Shown piece after piece: positions 48,320 through 61,954 of a stretch of DNA of 64,000 bases. The translations under genes were made by a program, and so were the position numbers. Origin of the DNA: Haliotis rubra. Its lineage: Eukaryota. The notes below the pieces were generated by a model. The model did not search any database, had not been told where the DNA came from, and saw only the letters and a program-made list of their open reading frames with translations. Numbering within the stretch: the stretch's first letter is position 1; every line of letters begins with the position of its first letter. The DNA lies in contig NW_025767288.1 in assembly GCF_003918875.1 (NCBI RefSeq), positions 620,001 through 684,000 of the forward strand, written 5' to 3'.

Positions 48320-48412
48320 AAACATGGAATGTAAGTCATTTCAGTAACGTAGATAGATTCGCTGTATTATTTTATTGAACTTTTTCATCGATAAAGATTC
48401 TTTTCATAATTC

Positions 48413-51400
48413 AGTCCGCATAGTGCAATGAATTATGAAAAGTCTTTGTCGTTTCTTGAAAGTTCAGTACATTAAAGGTAATGCAGCAGGTCTAAATATT
48501 CGTTTGCAGATTGACACGTTCCGTGACACCTGTGATATATAACGGTATTACCGATATTTGACATGTTGATATTGAATTTATTTTATTGAGTTATCATTTA
48601 GAACATTTTCCCCCTTTTATACACTTTTCTCCACTAGAGTGAGTGAGTGAGTGAGTGAGTAATGTTGCATTCATTGTCGCATTAGATCCAGTCTCGAATA
48701 CGGAGACAAGAATATACATTGTGGCGTTCACATTGAAATAATAGTATGCATTTTTTAACCTACAAGAATACAAAATACATTGAATTCCTCCGATTATGCT
48801 CAGCGATTTGATCTGCAATATGGGCGATAGTACGGGGGGAAATTGGCGTCCGGGATAACGACACTGTAATTGTACGACATTGTCTCTGTTTGACTTCAGA
48901 TGTTGCAGGCGCTAGTTACTATACTTAGACTGGGAGACGAGTACTACGGTGCTTCCACCTCTGTTATCGCACTTTACAACTAATAGTTAACTTTTTACCA
49001 AAGATTCCCAGTCGAGGTCTATTTTAGACGCATGGCTCTTTGCAGTTTGGTGAACATTATCATTGCTATCTTTTTCGCTGTAATCACTGCTATTATGTTT
49101 TATTAAATTGCCATTGTATTTGTACTGCTATTGTTGGTTTTACATTGTATCACTTTACCTTCTGATTCACGGGTTAATCTGTAGTTTCAACTTTGAAATC
49201 GACAAGAAACACGTCTAAAACTGGAATATGTTTTGATATTCTTTAACATAATAAGTCATCAAACCCTGAACATGCACACAAAATTCTCTTTCATATTAAC
49301 AATTTCAAAATAATATCATCCTGACATTTACCAGTGAAGATCCGTTATTTGGCGTTTTGTATATTGATGCTACACACGCGACATATTACTTTGATCAACC
49401 CGTGAAGATCGGGGTTAGAATCGGTCTTTAGTAACCCGTGCTGGTCGTAACAGGCGACTAACGGGATCGGGTGGTCAGGCTCGCTGACTTGGTTGGGTTG
49501 ACATTGGTATCCCAACTGCATAGATCGATGCTCATGATGCTGATCACTGGATTGTCTGGTGCAAACCCGAATATTTACCGACCTCCGTCATATAGCTGGA
49601 ATATGGCGGAGTGTGGCGTTAAACAACAAACAAGATGAACCTGACATTTACAAATGTGTTTGAAACCAGGCGCGTAACAAGCCAATTTGTTTCGTGTAAG
49701 CCCGATAGGTTGCAAAGCTTTATAGTTAGATGGTATTGAGTGCGTGTCCAACATTTTCAGCAACAATCATGTGTAAGCCCGGGCTTATTTCATTATGGTA
49801 GCTACGCCCCTGGAAACACACCCCAAAATGGTCAACTATCAACTCATCGTACTAAACAAAGGCTATCTAATGATGGTGCCATTGTGAAAGACATACAGCG
49901 CTCCGACCTGGACTTGGGCTGGCCAGGCTCTCCTGGTGATACGGCCTTGTCTCAGTGTATGTCATGCTAATGGTCTAACTCCGAAACATCGTCTTCTTTA
50001 CGAGAGACTAACTGTGAGGCTTGATGATAATGTGGACTTGATATCTCTCGTCTGAATAGATCATTTAGACCAGACAGGAGTGTAGCCTAGCCATTTCAGA
50101 TATTATAAGTAACTACCTCACATTCTAAAGACTATCTTAAATGTACATGTTGTATTCACACTTTGAATATAATTTATGAGTTTACACCTGTTGAAGCTTT
50201 CCCCATTTTATAGTGCTGAAAGTGGTTTGAATATCGAGGGAGGCTCGACAACCATTTCTGAGGTTTGTTTTCCCGTCTCTGTAAACTTACTTTCCAACTG
50301 AAGTATTCAATTCAAATATCAATTTAATCAATCCTTTAGCTCCAATGTTTAAATCAACATAAAGTGAAGAACCACTATATGCTCCTATTTCAAGTTCTAA
50401 AATTTTAATTCGCGTCATGTGACTCTTCGGTTAAACACAGCCATATCTCATACGAACGTTAAGTTGCACTAGTGCCTATTGTATCCAGAGAAACGCGCTT
50501 CAACGAATGCAGCTTTCCAAGCAGTAAGCACGGTTTCACGTACATCATCTTGACAATCAAAGTAACTGAGTTTAGGCTAGATAAATATACGGTTGATAGC
50601 ATTGGCAATGATGAAAGGCATCCAGGTAAGGGTCCGTTCATAATTTATGGCTAGGGGTGTGTGGGGGTTTGATGATTTTTATGGAGAACCATGTACGATG
50701 TGAATGGACAACCCCCAAAAAAAAAAAATAAATAAAAAAAAAAAAAAATAAAAATAATAATAATAATTAAAAAATAAATAAATAAAAATATTTATGTACA
50801 AAATAAGTGACACCCACCCCACCCCCACCCCCGCATGTCATGTACAAACTCAATGTTGTATAACAGTAACTTAACTGTGTCCATCTTCAGCGAATGTTCA
50901 ATCTGTCAGAATATGATGTTCCAATTTAAATTACCCATAAGGATAAAAATCATATTGTACGAAAAGACTACTTTCTATTAGTCATTCCTCTAGCGTGTTG
51001 AATCAATGTAAAGAAGACCATAAACTCTTTTATTACTAAATACATAATAAGTGTTCTCTCCTATACATGTTTTTGTTCTGATGTTGATAGAAGGGTGTGT
51101 GTAATGGGGCGGTGGTAGTGGTTGGCATCGCTACAAGAGGTGAACCTTGGTTGTTTTCTTCGTTTACAAAGTGGAGGAAGACTGCGTTTTATATAACGCC
51201 GATTCATTTTTATGCAGATTGTGACTGATATACCTCTTGATATATGTTCTCTTGAACGTGACATTTATTGCAAAGTTGATCTGAAGACACTAGGGGGCGC
51301 TGTTAACATACTAAGTACCATCGGGTCAGAGATAAGAATCGGATCGTGTAGCAGATTCGTCATAAACTACGTGTAGCAGATTCGTCGTAAACTACGTCAT

Positions 51401-52308
51401 CTAATTTGATTTATTAGAATTGTAGGGAACGAACTAGCGTCACAATGTGACGTTATGATTTGAACGCTGGGAATGAATAGTTAAAACAATGAATATGATA
51501 ATGACAACATCGATTATATCAGCAAAGATAATGGTGATGCTTATGGTGATAACGAGGACGATTAGCACGACAAAAGAAAACGATAACTGGTTGGTTAAGT
51601 TTTAGGTACAAACAGAAATGTAAATGCATGATTGAAATAAATGATAAAATTTATAATGTCCTTGATTTCTGAACATGAACCGCATTTTCGTTAATTTTGA
51701 GTCTCCTTCTTGAAGTGAAATGCTACTTCCGCCTGTTACAGCCACCCAAGTTAATTGAATGGGGAAATATCTAGCACAGGATGTAAGCAAGTCGTAAGTG
51801 CATAGGATATGACGTGAAGCATGTTTCGATTTCCAGCGGCGCCCCTTGTACGGAGAACGTTGGCCACGTACTAGACGAACGCAAAGCAACATGTCCGCCC
51901 ACGGGACTTACGTAGGTGCATTAAATGTACGTCTTGCGAGGTGAGGTGAGGTGAGGTGAGGTGGGGAGAGGTGAGGTGGGGAGAGGTGAAATGAGATGAA
52001 ATGGGGTTTGAAATGTCGCATATATATAACGACATTAGAGCACTCACTCACTTACTCACAAGCTGCCTTAAACTTCATTTTACCTAACCATACTCAACTG
52101 AAATATACACTTCGACTAAAAAACACAACTGACAATTAACACATTTTCCAAGGCATCTTGTAAGGTGATATCAGAAACATTGATCACAAATTACCGAAAA
52201 GAAACCCAATTAATAGCTAAGCCTCTCATCACAAGCACTTGGCAAAAGTTTTCATAGCGAAATAACCTATATACTACCAAATGTATTTCCTACACCACTT
52301 GACAAAGA
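48413..52308 (+). repeat. Tandem segmental duplication, copy 2 (298 bp extra at 48881-49178)
   Basis: Collinear with copy 1. Confidence 0.97.
49398..49632 (+). mobile_element. Family A retroposon
   Basis: Paralog of 45392-45625. Confidence 0.92.
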
Positions 52309-52879
52309 GAAATTGATTTTTTCTCCAAGGCTATTTGTTCCTCAACACCATAGTACCCTAGTGTGTTGCTTTGTACATGAAGACAACACCGGGCGTGGCG
52401 CTCATTAATTACGGTAATTAATTTGAGGGAATCACGCGATCTCATGCTGTTTATCTGGACGTGAAAGGGGCACTAACTGCTCTGAGATAACCTCAAAAAC
52501 AGAGAGTTGAAAACAGAAGTGACATCCCTTTTTCGGAATGGCACCTTACAGATAAGCCATATATCGGGTTCCAAAAAAATAGTGTAAATCTACTTTAATT
52601 GTTGGAATAGTTTACTCTGAAATGATATCTATGATTGAACCTGAACAATTAAAACAGCAACACTATATGTTTGCAAGCCTAAGTATAATGCGGTACAATA
52701 TGAACTGCCTTCAAGTGACCGCCACATGCTCAAGTTCTGTCAGTTATATGCCTCTATACACTCATATCCTATACCATTGGGCAAACACAACAACAAATGC
52801 AATATGCTCTGCAGCTTTAGCGCTAGCCTCGTCTTCCAGCATCAGGCATAATAAAAACAATAAGCTCTTGAGCCAACTG

Positions 52880-54700
52880 TAACCTCTTCCTTCAACTATG
52901 TAATTCCTCCACCAATATACTTTTCCTCAACATTAAACTGTTCCTCCAACAATAAACATTTCCTCGATATTAAACTCTTCCTCCAATAATATACCTTTCC
53001 TCAACATTTAACAATTCCTCCAGCAATAAACCCCTCCCTCAATCAACGTTATACTCTTGCTCCAACGTTATACTCGTGCTCTTAATAAATAAACTCTTTC
53101 CTCAACATTTTAGACATTTTGATCTCCAGCAATAAGACGACACAGCATTTTATTATTTAAGACAGTTATGCTTTGGCAGAATAATAACCAAGATGGGCAT
53201 GTTTAAAATTGTCATTTCAAAAGTCATCTCCAGACACCATTTGTCACCAATTTCTCCAGTAATGAGCACCACGAGCTCAATCAACGGCATCTCCTTGACA
53301 AGAACGGATAAGACGCCGGATTCTTTCCTGGGGAATAAATATTTCTCCATTTAACGAGCTGTTGCAGCGTCTGGCGGCAGCTGACGTTGACGTACGCGTC
53401 GACCCTCAATCAACGTTATGAGGTCTGGTGATTTAGAGGGCTATGGCAAGACTGACGTTGGAATTCTTAATAAATATTTCCTCGTGCATTTAACGGGCGT
53501 TCTCCAGCAATAAACTCCCTCAATCAACGTTATGATGTAACTGTCTTGCTCTTCAACGATCACCAAGTCTGAACGATGGATCCCCAAACCATACTCTCCG
53601 CCAAATCTCCCTGTCGGACGCAGATGGGCGCAAAACGTTCATGACGTCTCCTATACAACGTTTTCTTCCATGTTAAAAAAAACGGGATTCCGGAGATGTA
53701 GGGGCGTAGTACTCAACAACTGGCAATAAACCCGCCTCAGACGGTTCCTAATCGTTTCACACTTCCTCAAACGTTATACGCAGGTGATGGACCCGGATGT
53801 AATAAATCTTTCCACTTCTCGGGCGAACGTTTCCAACGTGCTCCCCAGTTCCAAAACTTTCTCCGGCTTCAACGTGGCGATATTTCGGTCGGCAGCACTC
53901 AATCGTGCTCTTGCTCGAAAGCACATGGGCTTTATACACCTACATTAACTGCCATTTTCATGATTTGCGTGTGTTTTTGTAAATATTTCCTCAACATTTA
54001 ACAATTCCTCCAGCAATAACTCCTCCCTCCCTCAATCAACGTTATATTTCCTCTAACAATTCATACGTTATACTCTTGCTCTTAATAAATATTTCCTCAA
54101 CATTTAACAATTCCTCCAGCAATAAACTCCTCCCTCAACCAACGTTATACTCTTGTTCCAACGTTATACTCTTGCTCTTAATAAATATTTCCTCAACATT
54201 TAACAATTCCTCCAGCAATAAACTCCTCCCTCAACCAACGTTATACTCTTGTTAAAAACGTTATACTCTTGCTCCAGCGTTATACTCTTGCTCCTAATAA
54301 ATATTTCCTCAGCATTTAACAATTCCTCCATTAATAAACTCCCCCCTCAACCAACGTTATACTCTTGCTCCAACGTTATACTCTTGCTCCAACGTTATAC
54401 TCTTGCTCCAACGTTATACTCTTGCTCTTAATAAATATTTCCTCAGCATTTAACAATTCCTCCAGCAATAAACTCTTCATCAGCATTAAACTATTCCCCC
54501 AACAATATACTCCTCCTTCAACAATAAAGTCTTCCTCCAACAATAACCATTTCCTCAACATTAACCTCCTCCTACAACAAATGTACTCCTCCTCCAACGC
54601 GAAGCCGTCTCCCAGCCTCCAATTCCTATCAGCATCAAATACTACAGATTCTTCCTCCAACCCCCTTCCCCTCTCTCCAACCACATAACTAAATCGTCCT
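52880..54700. repeat. C/A/T-rich minisatellite region (~20-bp derived units such as CTCTTGCTCCAACGTTATA within longer composite units)
   Basis: Repeated TCTTAATAAATATTTCCTCAACATTTAACAATTCCTCCAGCAATAAACTCC. Confidence 0.85.
53230..53945 (-). pseudogene. Heavily scrambled Tc1-type transposase relic
   Basis: Ordered minus-strand motifs across frameshifts: RPRSG, YIRVHHLR, ETIRNRLR, YRRRHERFAP, FGG..MVWG, ARG. Confidence 0.8.
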
Positions 54701-54715
54701 CCAACAAGGGGACCT

Positions 54716-54810
54716 TAGACTAACAGCTAGTCTCTGAAATGAACATATTTTACAGAAAACAAAGGTTTTTAAATTAAAATTGTAAATACAATAAAAAGCC
54801 CAGAGATCAG
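54716..54810 (+). mobile_element. 5' fragment of family C-related MITE
   Basis: TAGACTAACAGCTAGTCTCTGAAATGAACATATTTTAC matches 16286. Confidence 0.75.
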
Positions 54811-56379
54811 TTTAGAGTTACATTACGAAAAACACTTCAATACGGAATTATTTTATCATATCTATTTGCGTTTATTTGTGTCCCGATTACTCTATACTAA
54901 GATCATCGAAATCCCGCCTACCAAACGGGATTGGTGTCTTCCAAAGCGTTCGTAAAAGACTAACATTTTCATCCTATCCCAATACGTCATCCTATGGTAC
55001 TAATCTCCTTCTCAACCCACTTAATTCGCCCTCCACATTATACCTTCTGTTAGCAATAAACTCTCAACACATACTTCTTTCTTAAACAGTAACGAGCCAA
55101 CGAATTAAAATAACTGTAAAACACACTTCACAATTTCAAACGATGTCGTATGCCGTTATATGTGTCAATATTCATTGAGTTACATAACATTCATATGTAA
55201 TAACACTTGATACAGACAGACAGACAGACATTATATTTTGATAATGTAGGCCTCAGGCCCATAATGCAAGCAAAATGCGAATATAAATTACATATACATG
55301 CTGAGTATTGGATGGAGACTGGAAATCATGATTAATTAATATTTATAATGGTGGGTTTTCTTCTTATTTTACTACTTAATGTTTTTATATAATTAATGTT
55401 GTTACAGGTATTTAAATGCACAAAGGTTCCAATTATTGGAGGCTGAGTTTGATGGTTTGTGAATATTTACCACAGATAGGTAGGACATGGAGCTCGTCTT
55501 CAACATAGTTTAGGCCAATAGAGTGGCAGTGAAGTGACGTTGATCATAGGGTTGTATTTGTGTGGCGGCCGGTTTCCACTGTAAATCTAAAGTTGTTACT
55601 GGTTATAACTTTCCGTTGATATGGTAGATCACAGGACAAGTAGTGTTAAACATTAAGTAAAGATTTAAATTGTGAATAACATTTACATTTAGATGAAGGG
55701 TCAAGTGAAGAGCGCTAGTCTTGAAGGAAGCAGGCCTGTAAGCGTACCCCTCAACACTTCTACCATTGAAGTAACTGCAACCACTACAATAAACGATCCC
55801 CTCCAATACTCAACACACCACCAGTGTAACGTCATTATACGGTAGGTGGGGTCACGTAAACATGGCCTAAAATATATTAAAAAATCCTCTTTGGAAAAAC
55901 AGTGGGGGCTCCAAAGTAAAGATGAGAAAGGACGTGAAAATAATCGGACCCTGGGGGATCACACAGATCCGTTTCCTGCCCCGTACGTGCCTAACGGAAT
56001 CCGCCGTACACACACGTGACATATACCCAAGTGACGTGGCAATCTGAGGATCAAGCTCTAAACATTCTGGTGTAGAAACCATCAGCTCCGTTCAACACCT
56101 TTGGCTATGGATGGCACCTGTTATCCTGACCAAAGGCGCTTGATCAACCCTGGTGCAGAATGCCTTGGTCTGTTTATTGTCGAGGTTAACAAAGTGTTGC
56201 CCACCAGTTGGGTCCCGTTCAACCGACCTGTTAAAGCGTTTAGCAGTCGTAATGCCCATGCTTTAACATTGATGTGATGGCCTTGTTCATCATTTTTGTC
56301 ATAAATTATTCATAGATTGTTTACATATTCGTTTTTCGAATAATTAATATATTTCATGTTTCTTTTTTGTTGGTTTTGT

Positions 56380-56611
56380 TTTTTGTTTAATGCTTCACTC
56401 AGAAATATTCCAGCTATATGGCGATGGTCTGTAAATAATCGATTCTGGACCAGACAATCCAGTGATCAACAGCATGACCATCGATCTACGCAATGAGATA
56501 CGATGATATGTGTCAATCAAGTCAGCGAGTCTGATCACCCGGTCCCGTTAGACGCCTCTTACGACAAGCATGGGTTACTGAAGACCAATTCTAACCCGGA
56601 TCTTCACCGGT
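56380..56611 (-). mobile_element. Family A retroposon, full length
   Basis: Full match to the family. Confidence 0.92.
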
Positions 56612-56922
56612 TTAAAATGAAATAAGCAAGACATGGTTCTTGGATGATAATGATAACGTATTATACTTTATCATAACTGTGTTCTGTGCCTTACGTTTCG
56701 CAGTGCGAACTTTTCAATCAACGTGTTGATAACGTTTATGATGTTCTGGTCAAATTTATTTTTTCCAGTGTATTCTTGGTAGTGAAATACATGATCGGGA
56801 TCAAGATAACTCAGCTGACACGATACATGTGACTGTAGTCATTGTGACAGGTATCCAGTATTTTACGTAGATATATGCATAGGAATTCTAAATGAAGGCA
56901 CCCTCCTTACGTAGGCAATTTA

Positions 56923-57084
56923 GAGGCGGTGGGGTAGCCTAGTGGTTAAAGCGTTCGCTCGTCACGCCGAAGACCCGGGTTCGATTCCCCACATGGTTAC
57001 AATATGTGAAGCCCATTGTTGGTGTCCCCCGTCGCGATATTGCTGGAATATCACGCAAAGCGGCGTAAAACTAAAGTCACTCAC
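56923..57084 (+). mobile_element. Family B SINE
   Basis: GCTCGTCACGCCGAAGACCCGGGTTCGATTCCCC resembles the tRNA-Asp(GTC) anticodon and T arms. Confidence 0.93.
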
Positions 57085-57233
57085 GTAGGTGGTTTCGTTT
57101 TTCCAATCGTGAGTTCCCCATCCACGTCGAAAACTGATTACTCTTTGATTACTTTAGAGCATGTGCTCTGTTCACACTTTACTGAGAGACTCAAATTAGG
57201 ATTTTGACGCGATGCTACCAGATTTGGTTTTTT

Positions 57234-57317
57234 TATTGGTCACCTTAAGACATGAAACCTTTAAGGGTTTTATAAATACCAAACCCTTTAAGTTTTCATG
57301 TCTTAAGGTGACCAATA
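57234..57317. repeat. 84-bp palindrome (foldback/MITE-like)
   Basis: TATTGGTCACCTTAAGACATGAAA / TTTCATGTCTTAAGGTGACCAATA, perfect 24-bp arms. Confidence 0.85.
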
Positions 57318-57581
57318 CAACCGCAGTGCCTTTGATTTTTAATTACCACCAAAGAAAGTGAAGTTGTTGTGTTATATTTCAGAAAAACACGGTCTGAACA
57401 GACAGGAAACATAAGCCTTACCATTTCCTTACACAGGACAAGAGGTCATTATCCTCGTCTGTTTACCGTCCAGTGAGTGTGGCTACTTGTTGCTAGTCTA
57501 ATACTCGACAAATCTTGAAAGTGTGTCATTAACATTACCTTGAACGATATATCATGTTAAGGGGTCCAGTAAACGAGGTTT

Positions 57582-59145
57582 AATTGAGCTGTGTCTCTAA
57601 ACGACCAAAAAGAAAATTAATCTGTTTTACCATAATGGGTGATAGTGTTATAACTATGATTAGATAGCTTGGTCGAAAAGGCACTTACTGTCGCACCTAT
57701 ATTCAGTGAGGTGATACAGGGTTTGATTATAAGATTATTGCATTTATGCGGCAACGTTTGATTTGTGTGTTTGTTCTTTGTTTTCTGCTTAACGCCGACG
57801 TCTAACGTTTCACTACTATCACCCTTGCATGTATTTTTTGTTTCTTATGAAATGTGCTTGGCCCTGTGGTTTTTATGCAAAAAAACTGTGAACACTGCAC
57901 TGAACAATATTTTCAAGCCAAATGACAGCGGTCTGTAAATAATCGATTCTGGACCAGATAACCAAACCCCGACATCATGAGCAGTATCTTTGCAACTGGC
58001 ACACGATGACGCGTCACCAAAGGCGAGCCTGACCACCCGATCCCGTTATTACATGCACGGGTTGCTGAACACCAATTCCAACCCGAACGTTCGTGTGTGT
58101 GTGCGTGCGTGCGTGTGGGGGGTTGCGTTTGTGAGCGTGTTATATAGAACTAGCCTTGTGAGATACCATAATGGATACCCCAGTCATACACAGTGTATGG
58201 AATGGAGCCACCCAGGTGTGTTTCCTCACTAAACTGTCCGACTGAGTCATACGATTCATGCTGTTGATCACTGGATTGTCTGGTCGAGACTCGATTATTT
58301 ACAGACCGCCGCCATATAGCTGGAATATTGCTGAGTGCGGCGTAAAACTAAACTCACTCACTCAATTGAGCTGTGTCTAAATGACCTAAAAAGAAAATTA
58401 ATCTGTTTTACCATAATTGGTGATAGTGTTATAACTATGATTAGATAGCGTGGTAGAAAAGGTACTTACTGTCGCCCCTATATTCGGTGAGGTGATACAG
58501 GGTTTGATTATTAGATTATTGCATTTATGCGGCCACGTTTTATTGTGTGTTTGTTTCTTTGTTTTCTGCTTAACGCCGACGTCTAACGTTTCACTACTAT
58601 CACCCTTGCATGTATTTTTTGTTTCTTATGAAACGTGCTTGGCCCTGTGTGGTTTTATGCAAAAACTGTGAACACTCGCACTGAACAATATTTTCAAGCC
58701 AAAATGACAGCGGTCTGTAAATAATCGATTCTGGACCAGATAACCAAACCCCGACATCATGAGCAGTATCTTTGCAACTGGCATACGATGACGCGTCACC
58801 AAAGGCGAGCCTGACCACCCGATCCCGTTATTACATGCACGGGTTGCTGAACACCAATTCCAACCCGAACGTTCGTGTGTGTGTGCGTGCGTGCGTGTGA
58901 GGGGTTGCGTTTGTGAGCGTGTTATATAGAACTAGCCTTGTGAGATACCATGATGGATACCCCAGTCATACACAGTGTATGGAATGGAACCACCCAGGTG
59001 TGTTTCCTCACTAAACTGTCCGACTGAGTCATACGATTCATGCTGTTGATCACTGGATTGTCTGGTCCAGACTCGATTATTTACAGACCGCCGCCATATA
59101 CCTGGAATATTGCTGAGTGCGGCGTAAAACTAAACTCACTCACTC
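57582..59145 (+). repeat. Tandem duplication of a 782-bp unit (57582-58363, 58364-59145), each with two family A fragments
   Basis: Both units start AATTGAGCTGTGTCT and end in the family A tail AAACTCACTCACTC. Confidence 0.96.
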
Positions 59146-59249
59146 TGTTTTCCTAGAATTTTGTAACTATGACAACCGTGAGACATGAAGGTTCTTCTCT
59201 CTTGTCGCACTCAATAAAGTTATGAACCTTAACAGCATTAATGAACGAA

Positions 59250-59412
59250 GGAGGCGGCTAACGGGATCTGGTGGTCAGACTCACTCACTTGGATGACGCA
59301 TGTTAGTGTATTCCTCATGATGTCAGTCACTGGATTGTCTGGTCCAGACTCGATAATTTCAGACCGGCGTCATGTAACTGGGAAACAGCTGAGTGCGGCG
59401 TTAAGCAACAAA
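59250..59412 (+). mobile_element. Degenerate family A copy
   Basis: CTAACGGGATCTGGTGGTCAG...GTCTGGTCCAGACTCG. Confidence 0.8.
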
Positions 59413-59707
59413 CAGTAAAATAACAAGACATTTAGGAGATAGCTGATACGTAGAGATCTTGTCACGAGAGAAATCTCCAAACAAATGATGTTAGAATATT
59501 AGAATGGAGGGGCAAAAACATCTCTTTTGGTCAAGACAATATTCTTACTGAACCTGTGCACACGAATTGGTTTATTATCATATTTTAAGTCCGCTTCTTA
59601 CACTTAAAGGGCCAGTGTCTTGTTTCAAGTCGTTGAAGCGCAAATTGTCCATTCATATTTCAAGACTCACCGTCCTAGCCGCTAGTGTATTAACACTCAT
59701 TGCTCTC

Positions 59708-60530
59708 GTCGTGCTTCTATCAAAACACATTGTCATACCCGTGCATCTATCAAAACACATTGTCGTATCTGTGCTTCTATTAAAACACATTGTCATACCC
59801 GTGCTTCTATCAAAACACATTGTCTAACCTGCATCTATCAAAACACATTGTCATACCCGAGTTTCTATCAAAACACATTGTCATACCCGTGCTTCTATCA
59901 AAACACATTGTCATACCCGTGCAGCTATATAGACGTATTGTCATACCCGTGCTTCTATCAAAACACATTGTCAAACCCTGCATCTATCAAAACACATTGT
60001 CATACCCGAATATCTATCAAAACACATTGTCATACCCGTGCTTCTATCAAAACATATTGTCATGCCCGTGCAGCTATATAGAAGTATTGTCATACCCGTG
60101 CTTCTATCAAAACACATTGTCACACCCGTGCTTCTATCAAAACATGCTGTCATACCCGTGCATTTGTCAAAACACATGATCTTACCTGTGCATCTATCGA
60201 AACACATTGTCAATCCCGTGCATCTATCAAAACACATTATCATACCCGTGCTTCTATCAAAACACATTGTCATACCCGTGCATCTATCAAAACACATGGT
60301 CATACTCGTGCATCTATTAAAACACATTGTCATACCCGTGTTTCTATCAAAACACATAGTCATACCCGTGCATCTATATAGACGTATTGTCATATCCGTT
60401 CATCTATCAAAACAAACTGGCATGCCCGGGCTTCTACCAAAACACATTGTCATATCCGTGCATCTATCAAAACGCATTATCTTACCCGTGCATCTATCAA
60501 AACGCATTGTCATACCCGTGCATCTATCAA
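59708..60530. repeat. 30-bp minisatellite, ~27 copies (TCATACCCGTGCATCTATCAAAACACATTG)
   Basis: Direct periodicity. Confidence 0.97.
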
Positions 60531-60848
60531 TACTCATCACCTCCACCCCCATTGTATTTACATGCAATATCCTGCCGGGTTTCCTGTAAGACACTTGCAG
60601 TGTTTCAGTCTAAAATGAGAAATATGAACTTGAATATTGAATGCAATGTGCATTATGTTATATTTTTATCCATCTGAGATCAATATTTTGCTCATACCAG
60701 CTGGGACATTTGAACGCAGTTATGAAACAGTTACATGATTGATGAATGCTGTAATTTCGTTACAGCTTATATGGTACTGACATTATAGCTATATATCTTT
60801 CTCGTTATGGACATTTCTGTACTTGTCTGTATTTGACAGCACACCTTG

Positions 60849-60990
60849 GAGTGAGTGTGTGTGTGTTTTCGCAATATTCCACCAATATCACGGCGTAGGA
60901 CACCAGAAATGGGCTTCACACATTGTTCCCATGTGGGGAATCGAACCCGGGTCTTCGGCATGACGAGGGAACGCTTTAACCACTAGTCTA
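60849..60990 (-). mobile_element. Family B SINE truncated by the assembly gap
   Basis: Match to the family. Confidence 0.9.
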
Positions 60991-61142
60991 NNNNNNNNNN
61001 NNNNNNNNNNNNNNNNNNNNNNNNNNNNNNNNNNNNNNNNNNNNNNNNNNNNNNNNNNNNNNNNNNNNNNNNNNNNNNNNNNNNNNNNNNNNNNNNNNNN
61101 NNNNNNNNNNNNNNNNNNNNNNNNNNNNNNNNNNNNNNNNNN
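60991..61142. other. Assembly gap (152 N)
   Basis: Run of N. Confidence 1.
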
Positions 61143-61199
61143 TATTGTGCGACTGTTTGGACACATCAGTTCGTATGTTGGTCTCTGTAGACGTATTTT

Positions 61200-61727
61200 G
61201 ATGTATTGATCCAGCCTGGACGTATTCATCAGTCTGGATGAAGTCAATATGTATTAATGAATAATCTCAACAGATATATTGATCCTGCCTGGACGTATTC
61301 ATCAGTCTGGATGAAGTCAATATGTATAAATGAATAATCTCAACAGATGTATTGATCCTGCTCTGGACGTATTCATCAGTCTGGATGAAGTCAATATGTA
61401 TAAATGAATAACTTCAACAGATGTATTGATCCTGCCTGGACGTATTCATCAGTCTGGATGAAGTCAATATGTATTAATGAATAATCTCAACAGATGTATT
61501 GATCCTGCCTGGACGTATTCATCAGTCTGGATGAAGTCAATATGTATAAATGAATAATCTCAACAGATGTATTGATCCTGCCTGGACGTATTCATCAGTC
61601 TGGATGAAGTCAATATGTATAAATGAATAATCTCAACAGATGTATTGATCCTGCCTGGACGTATTCATCAGTCTGGATGAAGTCAATATGTATAAATGAA
61701 TAATCTCAACAGATGTATTGATCCTGC
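61200..61727. repeat. 73-bp tandem repeat, ~7 near-identical copies
   Basis: GATGTATTGATCCTGCCTGGACGTATTCATCAGTCTGGATGAAGTCAATATGTATAAATGAATAATCTCAACA. Confidence 0.97.
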
Positions 61728-61954
61728 TTTGATCCCGCCAACAACTGAAGGTAGATCACCATACTAGGGACCATGATGACTTATAGTAGCTTTGCTACCT
61801 GCATGGACCCTAGTTGGGTTTACACCATCCCTTCAGCTGCTGGCGATTGTAAGAAATGTGGTAAGTGTTTGATTCTTATACCAACACCATAGTGTAACTG
61901 CGATACCATAACGCCACGCCAGCTTTATACACAGCCCCGCGCTAAAGTCTACAT

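Noticed and set aside
56923-57000. tRNA-Asp gene
   Set aside because: No proper acceptor stem; continues into a SINE body and tail; many dispersed copies with TSDs
61200-61727. Hammerhead/retrozyme array (CTGATGA on the minus strand of each unit)
   Set aside because: No GAAA after a stem II, so the core cannot form
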